From assembly GCA_041649255.1 (NCBI GenBank), contig JBAZNK010000002.1, positions 778 to 64,777 of the forward strand: DNA of 64,000 nucleotides. The letters run 5' to 3'. The notes beneath the pieces were generated by a model, which did not search any database, was not told the DNA's origin, and worked only from the letters and a program-made list of their open reading frames with translations. This DNA is from a bacterium (GTDB lineage Bacteria > Hydrothermota > UBA3073 > JACQXS01 > JAQTXJ01). This document shows, piece by piece, positions 9,458 to 19,585 of this stretch. Made by a program: the position numbers and the translations under genes. How positions within the stretch are numbered: position 1 is the stretch's first letter; every line of letters starts with the position of its first letter.

Positions 9458-12400
9458 ATGAGACAAAAAATTATGATTATGGTATCATTGATTTTAGGCA
9501 TATTTGTTGTGCCTCTTCCTATAAATGCTCATATTCCTACCCAAGCTACAAATCAAATTCTATATCCTTCTCCAGGGGATGTTATGTTTAGATATCTTAC
9601 TGCTGCTGGTATGGAAGGAGGGCATGTTGCTATTTTTTACCGATATAGAAGCGATGGAGTTCGAGAAATTATGCAAGCGGTGGGACCAGGAAGCATTAGT
9701 GCGCTTGTTGGTTGGAATTTTTTTATGAATGATATGAAACCCGATACTTCATATTGGGGATCATATTGTCAGACAAGAGGAAAAACATTACAAAAGAGAG
9801 AGGAATTAATAGACGCCGCTTATGATTGTATAGGAATTGCATATCCTGCATGGCCTTATCTTATTGGATATAAAGATCACCCTACTACTTTAAGGTGTGA
9901 TGGATTGGTTGAATGGACATATGAACATGTTTTCAATGAACCAATAAGCCCAGACGAGACCAGTTCAAATAACACTGGTATTGTTCCTCAAGATTATAGT
10001 AATGGTCTAGGACAACCAGTAGCTACTTGCCCTATTCATGGAGGACATCATAATATGTGTCCTACTCTACAACTGGAATGGCTCAATAATGAATCACAAG
10101 CCGTAGATGGACACGATATTTCTGGACCTCGCCACGGGGAACCATCCTATAATAGTTCTCCTATTCTATTAAATGCAACTGTTATACCATCAAATGGGAG
10201 TCCAAGTACAAAATTCTATTTTACGACTACTTATATAGATAATGAATTAGACGAACCTAATTATTCTTGTTCTGTTATAGTTGATGGGAATTATTATAAT
10301 ATGAGTAATGTTGGTGAAACTCGCTATAATGGAGAATATAGATATCCAAGTTCAGGAGGGCAGTCATTCAGTGTTGGAGAACATCATTATTACTTTTATT
10401 TTAGAAGTAACCGAGAAGGACAATACGATACAGTTCGTTATCCTGCTTCCGAAGATTTGATTTTCTATGTTACAAATTTACCAACAACAATTTTGGTTAG
10501 TGAAATAGTTAATCCTTCTACTTGTGAGCCATATCAGACAGTTAATGTTTCTGGAAGTGCAGTTTATGATAATGGCCCATCAGTAACAAGCGGAACAGTT
10601 ACAATTACAATATCTGGTGTCAATGTATGGACAACACCCTTAGATGTAAATGGTAATTATAGTAGAAATATAACTGCTCCAGGTTCTAATGGTAATTATA
10701 GCGTAAATGTAAGCGTATCTGACGGAAGCATAGCAGGAACTACTTCTCAATCATTACAGGTTCAGCCGGGAGGTGGAGGGAGCGGATATACATTTTATCG
10801 TAGTACCGTTTGTAGAGATGTAGACGATCCTTCGCCCTATGATCCTATTCATGAGACAATAGCATTTAATGAAAATTGTGACAAAGTTTATGTTTGGGTA
10901 CATCTTACGGATATATATAAAGCTTTGACAGTAAAATGGAAATGGTATAAACCCGATGGTAGTTTATATAAAACAAATACCTTTAATGTCCCGGACCCTT
11001 CTTCCGAAGGCTACGACTCTTGGGATTGGTATAAATGCTGGTATTGGTTGTCAAACATATCGGACATAGAGGGAGAATGGTCTTGTAGGCTTTATGTTGA
11101 TGATGGTAGTGGATATGACCGTTGTGCAACAGAAAAATTCGTGATTAGGTATGACTTAACAGAACACAAGATGTGTAAAGACATTGAAACTTCAGACCCA
11201 TATGACCCGATTAATCCTACAAATACATTTTATCAGACGGACAATAAGGCTATGACATGGATGAACATGGATGTGGCTTCGATTGGAGCCAAAGTGAAAT
11301 GGCAATTCTATGAACCGGCAGGGAGTCTCTATTCTTCTTTTGAAGATAGCGGGGATGCGCCGACTGATGACTATTGGGATTGGTATAAGTTTTGGGGTTG
11401 GATAAATATAACCGGACATGATGCAGTAAATAAATGTGGAAATTGGCAAGTTAAAGTACTTATTGAAGACCCTTCGAGCAACTGGGATGAAGAGTATGTG
11501 GACTATTTTCAAATACTGGAGTCTCCTGATAGTATACCAATTGTTGATGTAACAGTATCTCCAGAACAACCAATTGAAGGGACCAATATTTCTTTAAATA
11601 TTTCGGCTACCGATAATACCTATCTACAAAAAGTTACCTTATATTGGAATGACGGAACTCAACATATTCAAACATGGGATAGTATTTTCAGCAGTTCTTT
11701 TTCTAATACAAAAAATATTGGTACATATTCAGCAGGGCAGTCTATTTGGTACTATGCTAAAGTATACGATACTTCTGAGAATGAAGGACAAAGTATACTC
11801 AAAAATTTTGTTGTGTTGGATATTTCTCCTAACATAGTAGTTATACCAGATACTTTGCGATTTAAATGGGATGGGGGGAGCAAAAAAGAAACCTCTCTTC
11901 TTAGTTCCATTGAAGATACTATTTTCTATGATAATGGAACTCCATCATATATTAAACCTTACGACCCCTCTGATGTATCAAGTTGTAAATATTATGGAGT
12001 AAAGTTTACTCCAACAGAAAAAACAGGTTCTAAAGTTACAGGAGCAAAAGTTTATATAGGAAATCAAACAGGTTCTGCTTCAACATTTGAGATACATGTC
12101 TATGATGATAATGGTGGTAATCCTGGAACTCTTAAAAGTCAAGGGACGTTTAATGTTGGTTCAAGCAGTGGATATTTTTCACCAACTTTATCTACACAGC
12201 CATTGATAGTGGGAGATTTTTATATATTTGTAGGGCCGCAAACAATGGATGCTAATATAGGAATAGGGTTAGACAATGGACTTAGTTATGCTGATAGAAT
12301 GGGTGCTACAGATATCTTACCTGGTTGGTATAATCCGGGATATCCCGGAGATTTTGTGTTAAGGGCGAACGTAACTTATGAAAGCAGTGACACTTGTGAT

Positions 12401-12949
12401 ACAGTAAAAACAATGATAGTAACCAATAATGGGAATGCAGACTTAACTGTATCTAATATTACAAAAAATTATAAATGGATAACATCAATTACCCCTACTA
12501 ACTTTACTCTTATACCAGGTGATTCTCAAAATGTAATTGTAACAGTTGCTTGTAATGGATTGAGTAATGGAACTAATATTGGTTCTCTCAGTATTTTTTC
12601 AAATGATACTGATGAAAATCCATACATTGAACCAGTTAAGTTTGTAGTGACGAGTGTAGGCACAGAAGAAAAGCCCATATTCCCTGGTAAGTTTGTGCTC
12701 TTTTCACCATCTCCAAATCCTTCTATGGCAGGCACTGTAATTAAGTACGGCTTACCGGAGCAAGCAAACGTCTCATTAAAACTTTATGATGCATCGGGCA
12801 GATTGGTTAAAAATTTCTGCTCGGATGTCAAAGAAAAAGGCTATTACACAGCTAATATAAAAAATGGGGAGCTTAACGAAGGGATCTATTTCATTAAATT
12901 TGTTGCAGGCAATTTCAAGGCAACACGGAAACTTACGATATTAAGATAA
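9458..12949 (+). CDS. Large (1163 aa) secreted multidomain protein with T9SS C-terminal sorting domain; N-terminal region resembles a permuted papain-like (YiiX/NlpC-P60-like) fold
   Basis: Signal peptide. The N-terminal domain has His (GHVAIFYRY) before Cys (LRCDGLVEWTYEHV), a permuted arrangement. The middle region has Ig/PKD-like repeats. The C-terminus (KFVLFSPSPNPSMAGTVIKYGLPEQANVSLKLYDASGRLVK…GIYFIKFVAGNFKATRKLTILR) is the shared CTD. Confidence 0.8.
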   Translation: MRQKIMIMVSLILGIFVVPLPINAHIPTQATNQILYPSPGDVMFRYLTAAGMEGGHVAIFYRYRSDGVREIMQAVGPGSISALVGWNFFMNDMKPDTSYWGSYCQTRGKTLQKREELIDAAYDCIGIAYPAWPYLIGYKDHPTTLRCDGLVEWTYEHVFNEPISPDETSSNNTGIVPQDYSNGLGQPVATCPIHGGHHNMCPTLQLEWLNNESQAVDGHDISGPRHGEPSYNSSPILLNATVIPSNGSPSTKFYFTTTYIDNELDEPNYSCSVIVDGNYYNMSNVGETRYNGEYRYPSSGGQSFSVGEHHYYFYFRSNREGQYDTVRYPASEDLIFYVTNLPTTILVSEIVNPSTCEPYQTVNVSGSAVYDNGPSVTSGTVTITISGVNVWTTPLDVNGNYSRNITAPGSNGNYSVNVSVSDGSIAGTTSQSLQVQPGGGGSGYTFYRSTVCRDVDDPSPYDPIHETIAFNENCDKVYVWVHLTDIYKALTVKWKWYKPDGSLYKTNTFNVPDPSSEGYDSWDWYKCWYWLSNISDIEGEWSCRLYVDDGSGYDRCATEKFVIRYDLTEHKMCKDIETSDPYDPINPTNTFYQTDNKAMTWMNMDVASIGAKVKWQFYEPAGSLYSSFEDSGDAPTDDYWDWYKFWGWINITGHDAVNKCGNWQVKVLIEDPSSNWDEEYVDYFQILESPDSIPIVDVTVSPEQPIEGTNISLNISATDNTYLQKVTLYWNDGTQHIQTWDSIFSSSFSNTKNIGTYSAGQSIWYYAKVYDTSENEGQSILKNFVVLDISPNIVVIPDTLRFKWDGGSKKETSLLSSIEDTIFYDNGTPSYIKPYDPSDVSSCKYYGVKFTPTEKTGSKVTGAKVYIGNQTGSASTFEIHVYDDNGGNPGTLKSQGTFNVGSSSGYFSPTLSTQPLIVGDFYIFVGPQTMDANIGIGLDNGLSYADRMGATDILPGWYNPGYPGDFVLRANVTYESSDTCDTVKTMIVTNNGNADLTVSNITKNYKWITSITPTNFTLIPGDSQNVIVTVACNGLSNGTNIGSLSIFSNDTDENPYIEPVKFVVTSVGTEEKPIFPGKFVLFSPSPNPSMAGTVIKYGLPEQANVSLKLYDASGRLVKNFCSDVKEKGYYTANIKNGELNEGIYFIKFVAGNFKATRKLTILR

Positions 12950-13475
12950 AGTAGAAATTAAAAGGTAGATAAAAAGCCCTTCTCGGAGTTAGTTGACGGA
13001 AGGTGTATAGCGTTGAAAAATAGTTAGTCCCCCGTATTATCCCTTTCGGTACAAATTGAACGGCAATTCACTATTAATATCTGGAAGTCAGTTAAGTAGT
13101 AGTGATAGTTTTTTCTCAGTAGAACATTTTATAGAACAAAAATTGTTCTATCGTAACCCGCTGAAATATAAAAACTTAACGTATGTAAACCTGTGGAGAA
13201 CATTCATGATTATATTCTTGATTATAAAGAACTTGAAGAATTGGGTTTGGAAGTAGAATTTTGCAAAAATGGAACTAGACACATAATGGGTGAGTTAATT
13301 AATTTTCTTGAAGAATATGATGGCAATGAGGTTATTGTTTGTAAGAAAAATTCTGCAAGGGAAAATAACATAACGCAACCGAGTTCCCCCATCGTTCCCG
13401 GGGGAGCTTTTTATTTATCGGGGGGGACAGAAACCTATTGACAGGGAAAGGTTTTGATATCAATATGTTTTATAT

Positions 13476-14669
13476 ATGATTCTTAAAATGTTTAACGTTG
13501 GTTTTGGAGACTGTTTTTTATTCTTAGATGGGGACAACTCTCTTTGGGTTGACTGCGGATCGAAGAGTTTTAATCCTAAATCTAAAAGTAATCATATACT
13601 TAAACTCTTAATAGACCAAACGTTATATAAATATTATGGTAACAAAAATAGTTCCGCATTAATTACGCATTTTCATGGGGATCATTATAATGGTTTCCGA
13701 TATTTAGCTGAAACTAAGAATGAAGAGAAAATTTTTGATAAGATTTACGTTCCTTATTTAGACATTGAGGATGAAAAAACAGGGGAGTCAATGTTACTTG
13801 AAGTGGCGATTTGTTGTTACACTTTTCTGAATAAATTTACTTACTCACATATTATTTCAAAAAACATACTCAAACACATTGAAATGGTAACAAAATTAGC
13901 AAATAATATAGAGTATCTCTCTACTGGTAAAAAAATAAAATTTGGAAACCTAGAATTTGATGTTATTTGGCCTGACAAGAAATATGATTTTACCCAATTT
14001 AAATTCAAGGATTTCTTAGATAAGATAGATAGTATATTAATATTAAAAGGCGGACAACTTTTTAATGAATTTAATGCTCTTAAGAAAAAAATATTAAAAA
14101 ATATGAAAGAATGGTATGTGTTAACGGAACATCCTGAATCTGATATGAAAAATTTCAATACTATTATAAGAACTCAAAACAGTCTAATTGGTTTAGAAGA
14201 TGCGTCATATTATAGCTTAGAAGGTTTCAGACGTAGAAATAATATAAATTTATCAACGGAAAATACTATAAAAAAATTTATACCCTCTTATACTTCTCTT
14301 TTTTCAAAAAGTAACAACTCGACAAGCATTGTTTTTCACGATAAAAATAGAAAAATACTAATGACAGGGGATGTAGAGCGGAGTATAATTAATAAGCTAA
14401 ATTTACAAGATAGTTATCAGTTTTTGAAAGTGCCACATCATGGGACCAGTAGCCATTACACTGATAGTTTACCAGCAGCATTACATTTTTTAATTTCTAC
14501 AGGGAAGGGACGCGTTGGGAAAATAGGAGTGCAATATATGACACATTCTTGTCCTCTGGGAAAACGATATTGTACATCAGGCGGTAAGTGGTGTAATACT
14601 ATTGATAATAAGCAAATTTGTTTCAACAATAGTTGCTTAAATAACCAAGAAGTTACATTGCCATTATAA
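13476..14669 (+). CDS. Metallo-beta-lactamase-fold hydrolase (ComEC/Rec2-C-terminal-like MBL domain) with Cys-rich C-terminus
   Basis: HxHxDH motif (ITHFHGDHYNGF) and the downstream KVPHHGTSSHY motif typical of the ComEC-type MBL domain. Cys cluster at the C-terminus (HSCPLGKRYCTSGGKWCN…CFNNSC). Confidence 0.75.
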   Translation: MILKMFNVGFGDCFLFLDGDNSLWVDCGSKSFNPKSKSNHILKLLIDQTLYKYYGNKNSSALITHFHGDHYNGFRYLAETKNEEKIFDKIYVPYLDIEDEKTGESMLLEVAICCYTFLNKFTYSHIISKNILKHIEMVTKLANNIEYLSTGKKIKFGNLEFDVIWPDKKYDFTQFKFKDFLDKIDSILILKGGQLFNEFNALKKKILKNMKEWYVLTEHPESDMKNFNTIIRTQNSLIGLEDASYYSLEGFRRRNNINLSTENTIKKFIPSYTSLFSKSNNSTSIVFHDKNRKILMTGDVERSIINKLNLQDSYQFLKVPHHGTSSHYTDSLPAALHFLISTGKGRVGKIGVQYMTHSCPLGKRYCTSGGKWCNTIDNKQICFNNSCLNNQEVTLPL

Positions 14670-14699
14670 AACGAAAAATATTATATCGAGTTAATATAA

Positions 14700-15356
14700 A
14701 TGAAAAACCTATGTGACATGGATCCACGTAATGAAGGGCTTACCTTGGAACATTTTGAGAAGGCAATAAACAAAGAAGTCCCGATAAGTAATAAAGTTCC
14801 TGAAAAAATTTGTGAAATGTTGGAACTTGCAAAAAAGATATGTTTTTATGCATATTATGAGTATGATTTTTATTGGTTGTGTAACATTAACTTATTTCTT
14901 TTTACTGAAACGGCTATTAAGGAAAGATTTCTTGATGCATTGCCTCGAGAATGTAAGTTGATAAAGAAAGAACAATCAAGAACTATGATTAAAGATATAA
15001 ATATTTATAAATTTCTTAGAGAAAGATGGAGAATTGTGGGTTATGAAGACGTAGATGCTTCCTTAAAGTCTATTTTGAAATGGCTTAAAAAAGAGAAAAT
15101 TATACCTAAGCGTATTGATAATGATAGGCAATTAGAAGCTATTTCAAACTTACGTAACTCTGCCGCTCATCTTCACGGAAAATCAGTTTATAACTTTGCT
15201 ATGGCAATCCCAATATTGTGGGTAACTATAGACTTTGTAAACTGTTTATTTGATACTGAATGTCATGACAAAGAACCGGAATGCATAAAAAGACAACGTG
15301 AAGATTATGAGAGACATATGAAAGAGTTTGAAGAGTTAGATAAAACTACCGAATGA
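14700..15356 (+). CDS. Hypothetical protein with HEPN-like R-N-x3-H motif (candidate RNase)
   Basis: EAISNLRNSAAHLHGKS near the C-terminal third matches the Rx4-6H (RNxxxH) HEPN signature. Predicted all-alpha. Confidence 0.5.
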   Translation: MKNLCDMDPRNEGLTLEHFEKAINKEVPISNKVPEKICEMLELAKKICFYAYYEYDFYWLCNINLFLFTETAIKERFLDALPRECKLIKKEQSRTMIKDINIYKFLRERWRIVGYEDVDASLKSILKWLKKEKIIPKRIDNDRQLEAISNLRNSAAHLHGKSVYNFAMAIPILWVTIDFVNCLFDTECHDKEPECIKRQREDYERHMKEFEELDKTTE

Positions 15357-15530
15357 ACCTTTATCTTATTATGCGGTTACGATAGATTCTGTGGAGGTTT
15401 TGACTGGGATAGATTTTTTTCAGAGTTGCCAGATTCGGTAGAAAATAAGATAGAATCACATGCCGATATTAATAGATGGGAACACTTAAAAAATTAACAA
15501 AATATATTTTAGAAATAGTGGAGGTGAAAT

Positions 15531-16067
15531 ATGTGGTTTGAATGCAAAAAAAAAGAGACCCCATTTCAGAAAACAATAAAAGGGAAAAGAGGTTTTGAAG
15601 TAGAAAAACCTCCCTTTATACTTAATTGTAAAGAGTGTGATAACAAAAAATGCAGGAATGAAGAAAAAGAAGCTTGTTGGGTATTGTGGCCACATTATAA
15701 AGCTCCAGGGGGAAATAAAGAACCTATTGGAATTTTTTACATAGACGATATGGTAAAACCTAAAGAAGTTTATAAGGAGGATAATAAGAATGACCCACGT
15801 GGAAAAATAGAATGCTATTTTAGAATATTTAAGATGCGTAGCAATCTCAAAGAAGATGACACTTCTTTTTGGTTACCCTATTGGATTAGAATAGAAAAAA
15901 GCGGAGACGAAGTGCGATTTGGGCAATATTCACCTATGATGCCAGAGACACAACTCGTTGAGCTTATAACAGAGGCAATAAAAAAAGAGAATTTTTTTAC
16001 ACAAAACTCGAAAGATAAAATACACGATGCTTTGTCAGAGTGGTATTCTAAAAAGGAGAAGAAATGA
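15531..16067 (+). CDS. Hypothetical protein with N-terminal Cys cluster (CKECDNKKC)
   Basis: RBS ggaggtg upstream. Its stop overlaps the next start (ATGA). Confidence 0.5.
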   Translation: MWFECKKKETPFQKTIKGKRGFEVEKPPFILNCKECDNKKCRNEEKEACWVLWPHYKAPGGNKEPIGIFYIDDMVKPKEVYKEDNKNDPRGKIECYFRIFKMRSNLKEDDTSFWLPYWIRIEKSGDEVRFGQYSPMMPETQLVELITEAIKKENFFTQNSKDKIHDALSEWYSKKEKK

Positions 16068-16552
16068 CAACATTTTTGGAAGGGATAGCAGGAACACTTG
16101 CCGGTTCTCTTACCATATCTTTAGTTATTCATTTATTAAGAGAATCCGAACAACGTAAGCGATATTTGTTAGAATTGTTGAGTGAAATCAGATATAATCA
16201 ACTTCTTATAGAGACTGCCACAACTACATTAAAAAAACAGATTCCAACAGGAACTACGACTACAAGCTTGGGATATCTTTTACATAATCAGGCATTTCAA
16301 GCATGTCAATTAACTGGATACATTTTTTGTCTTCCCCAAAAAGATGAATTAATGATAAGCTATGGCATTATCTATTTAGCTATTAAAACAACACCGCAGA
16401 TGATAAGTTATAATCAGTTACAGATATTAAGAGATCTATTGAGAAAAATCACTCCAGCACTTGAAAAAACACTTAACAAAAGTTGGTGGTGGCAAGATAA
16501 AATTCAAAAATCAAAAAAGATTTTCCATAATATTTTAGGGAAATTAAAATGA
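16064..16552 (+). CDS. Hypothetical protein, N-terminal transmembrane helix
   Basis: 4-bp ATGA overlap with the upstream gene suggests translational coupling. Confidence 0.5.
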   Translation: MTTFLEGIAGTLAGSLTISLVIHLLRESEQRKRYLLELLSEIRYNQLLIETATTTLKKQIPTGTTTTSLGYLLHNQAFQACQLTGYIFCLPQKDELMISYGIIYLAIKTTPQMISYNQLQILRDLLRKITPALEKTLNKSWWWQDKIQKSKKIFHNILGKLK

Positions 16553-16620
16553 AAAATTATCTGTTGAACACAAAGTTGAATGCTAACAATACGGTGTTAA
16601 CTGATGTAAATCAAATTTTA

Positions 16621-17601
16621 TTATTTAAGGATGCAATTTTGAATAAAAATCATTATCAAATTCAATACTAATTTTGCACTTCTTTCATTTGCATATTCTT
16701 CTTTGGGATGTGGGTCCCCAGATTCTTGTCTTTTTTGCATAATAATTGATTGAATATCCTTGAATATTTTAGTAGAGAAAGCGTCAGATGAAATCACCTT
16801 TTTCCTTTGAGCTTCTGAAAGTAGATCATTTAAATCCCCTTTACCAATTTTATCGTAAACTAAAATTTGTAAAAATCCTTGTAATGCGGATATTGCATGA
16901 GTAATGCAACCACTATAACCTTGGGGAGTTTTTTCTTGAAATCGTCTAAATGCATCGGATAAATCTCTGTTAACCGGCCCCCATTTTTTACCTGAAAGAT
17001 AAGTCAAAACTGGTATATAAATGTCTTCTGTTATTTTTTTATCCTGACGAAAAACAATGCCATTCCTTGTCAGAACAACATTAAGATTAAACTGTTCAAA
17101 GATATCATTAAAATCTTCTGCAAATTTATCAGCTTTTTTGTAAGCAAGGTTTATAATTTCTTCTTTTTTAGCTTCTTCATCAGATTCATCTATGTTTTCG
17201 ATAGAGAATGTATTTACATTCTGAAGTACAAATAATGACAGCATTTCATATACAACATCTTGATTTTCATTTAAAAAAATGAGTAAGAAATCATCTAGTG
17301 TAACTTTAAGGCAACATGATTCAAAGTATTTAATACCATTATTATGTACATTAAAATGTGGTCCCCCATGTTTAAGTAAGCCTTGCCCATAACTTTTTCT
17401 TTTATAACGTTCATTTAAGTTTTCAATTGTGTAAAAGACACAATTAGATTTGGTAAACCAGTCTTTATTGGAAAAATACGACCAAATTTTGTGTTTTTCG
17501 TCAGGACCGAGGGCACTCCATTCTCGCATCCCCAAATCTGGACATATATTTTTTATAGCATTGGGATTATTAATACTCCATAATTTAAATAATAATTTCA
17601 T
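16621..17601 (-). CDS. Hypothetical protein (326 aa)
   Basis: Long ORF on the opposite strand within the island. No recognisable motifs. Confidence 0.55.
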   Translation of the reverse strand: MKLLFKLWSINNPNAIKNICPDLGMREWSALGPDEKHKIWSYFSNKDWFTKSNCVFYTIENLNERYKRKSYGQGLLKHGGPHFNVHNNGIKYFESCCLKVTLDDFLLIFLNENQDVVYEMLSLFVLQNVNTFSIENIDESDEEAKKEEIINLAYKKADKFAEDFNDIFEQFNLNVVLTRNGIVFRQDKKITEDIYIPVLTYLSGKKWGPVNRDLSDAFRRFQEKTPQGYSGCITHAISALQGFLQILVYDKIGKGDLNDLLSEAQRKKVISSDAFSTKIFKDIQSIIMQKRQESGDPHPKEEYANERSAKLVLNLIMIFIQNCILK

Positions 17602-17713
17602 AAAATTTTATTTATTTTATGTAATATAAACTAATCTCAAAAGTTTGTCAACTTTTCCTGGGACAATTAATTTTCCTCTTGCCAAACAACAAGATTAAAC
17701 CTACAATCCTTTT

Positions 17714-17950
17714 ATGGTTATCAACTACATAACCCTCCAAGACATCCAGAAAGGAACACACGAAAAGAATCGGATGGTCATAATCCAGTGCAGGAATTGT
17801 AAAGAACAAAAGATAGGAAATCACATAGATTGGGTGAAAGATTGTATAAGAGACCCGGGGCACTATTCTTTGCATAGATGTCCGGTTTGTAAGACGGAGA
17901 CAAAACTGAAGAATACTGATATAAAGAAAATTAAAGAGGTGCTGGGGTAG
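17714..17950 (+). CDS. Small zinc-ribbon protein (CxxC…CxxC)
   Basis: CRNCKEQK … CPVCKTE pairs of Cys. Confidence 0.35.
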   Translation: MVINYITLQDIQKGTHEKNRMVIIQCRNCKEQKIGNHIDWVKDCIRDPGHYSLHRCPVCKTETKLKNTDIKKIKEVLG

Positions 17951-18063
17951 GATGAAATAGGTAATTTGTAAGAGATATAAGATGTAGTGATTTTCTCAAG
18001 ATTTTACTTGCAAGACAGTATGATTGAGATATTATTTCATAAAAAGAATATGAGGAGGAAAAC

Positions 18064-18615
18064 ATGCCGACAGCAATAAGTCTGAATTACAAACTTGAAG
18101 ACTTTCCTAATGGAGAAATGACAATAGATGATGATATAAACGTTTTTGAGGATCGTGTCAATGGTTGGCAAATAGATATAGCAAAACAATGTGGAAGTAT
18201 TCCTAATGCTGGTTTTGGAGTCCTTCATATTATCTTAAGTTACTTTGAAAGTATAGCAAAATTTCGTGAAGGTTACGTTAATAATAGGGCATCTATGAAG
18301 TATTTTAAGCTTGGTATCATGAAAGCAATCCCGCAACTAAGCAAGTTGTCTTCTACTAAATCAAACGATGTAGTAAATACTTTATACTCAGAGATGAGAT
18401 GTGCTCTCTATCATGCAGGAATGACAGGTAGAGGTATTTTGATTACGCAAGACATAAATGAAGCGATTTCAATAGAAAGCAGATGTATTTACATTAATCC
18501 AGCCAACCTCGTTGAAGCAGCTCAGCAAGATTTTGATATGTATATTAAGGAACTAAGGGATCCTAAGAATATCCAGCTTAGAACTAATTTCCGGAAAAGG
18601 TTTAAAATAAGTTAA
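18064..18615 (+). CDS. Hypothetical protein (183 aa)
   Basis: RBS gaggagg upstream of the ATG. Confidence 0.5.
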   Translation: MPTAISLNYKLEDFPNGEMTIDDDINVFEDRVNGWQIDIAKQCGSIPNAGFGVLHIILSYFESIAKFREGYVNNRASMKYFKLGIMKAIPQLSKLSSTKSNDVVNTLYSEMRCALYHAGMTGRGILITQDINEAISIESRCIYINPANLVEAAQQDFDMYIKELRDPKNIQLRTNFRKRFKIS

Positions 18616-18725
18616 TGTATAACCTACTTTCAAAAGAAGAAAAAAGAGGAGAATTTATTGGTGGTTGATAAGCCAGAGATAGTAAAGATTTATCAAGAAA
18701 GATTAAAGTATTTTTAAACTTAATT

Positions 18726-19340
18726 ATGAGAAGACCGCAATGGGAAGTAAAAATAGAACAAGAATTGAGAAATAAACTTTTAGAACCACGATTACATCGA
18801 ATATTAGATATACTTGCAGATAAAACTCCAAAACAATTATCTGGTAAACAAAAAGGGAAATTAAAAAACGAAATAGAAGTACATATTGAAAAAGCTCTAA
18901 AAAATAGATATAAAAAAGAAATAGAGAGGTTGAAAAGTAAATCCTTTATATTGAGAGGCTCTGCTCCATATACATATTATCACATAAAAAGAAAAATTCC
19001 AGAGTATGAGGAAGAAAAAAACCAAGAAATAAAAAGATTCATCTACACATTTTGGAGAAATAAAGAATGTCTTTATGTAGGGCAAACTAAAAAAGGAGTG
19101 TCGGAAATACTTTTTAAATATGGCAAAGGACGACTTTTTACTAACGCTACTAAATTGAAAATTTATTTAACTGATAAAATTCACTTGGATAGATACGAAA
19201 ACATTGCATATCATGTTTTTGCACCGAGTTACAGGTATAATTTGATTCATACAAAAAACCGTAGAAAAAAATGTCCTTTCTGTAAAACAAAAAGGAAAAT
19301 TGATGGAGAAATTGATTGTGCATTTGTATTAAAATGGTAA
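18726..19340 (+). CDS. Hypothetical protein with GIY-YIG-like motif (FIY…YVGQT) and C-terminal zinc ribbon (candidate nuclease)
   Basis: FIYTFWRNKECLYVGQTKKG matches the GIY-(9-11)-YIG spacing. C-terminal CPFCKTKRKIDGEIDC. Confidence 0.45.
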   Translation: MRRPQWEVKIEQELRNKLLEPRLHRILDILADKTPKQLSGKQKGKLKNEIEVHIEKALKNRYKKEIERLKSKSFILRGSAPYTYYHIKRKIPEYEEEKNQEIKRFIYTFWRNKECLYVGQTKKGVSEILFKYGKGRLFTNATKLKIYLTDKIHLDRYENIAYHVFAPSYRYNLIHTKNRRKKCPFCKTKRKIDGEIDCAFVLKW

Positions 19341-19585
19341 TATATGGACCAATTTAGAATCTCCGCTAAATCTTAGATTCGCTGACTCTCCCCGATTTTT
19401 GTTCCATGTGTTTCTGAATTCAAATGTACTGAAAAAGCTATTTTTAGGTTTTATCAATTTATTTATCTCTTCCAATATCCATAGGGTAGAAGTTTTTGTA
19501 AGTATCTTAAATACCATTTGATTGTTCACTCCCCCTTGTATTAAAAAACTTGACTTTCTCTCTATAGTTTATTAGATATTCCTCT

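Noticed and set aside
13390-13425. Possible terminator hairpin (ccccc…ggggg + T-run) after small ORF 13193..13441
   Set aside because: The stem is only 5 bp with a 9-nt loop and lies inside the ORF's 3' end, so the evidence is weak. It is not listed as a feature.
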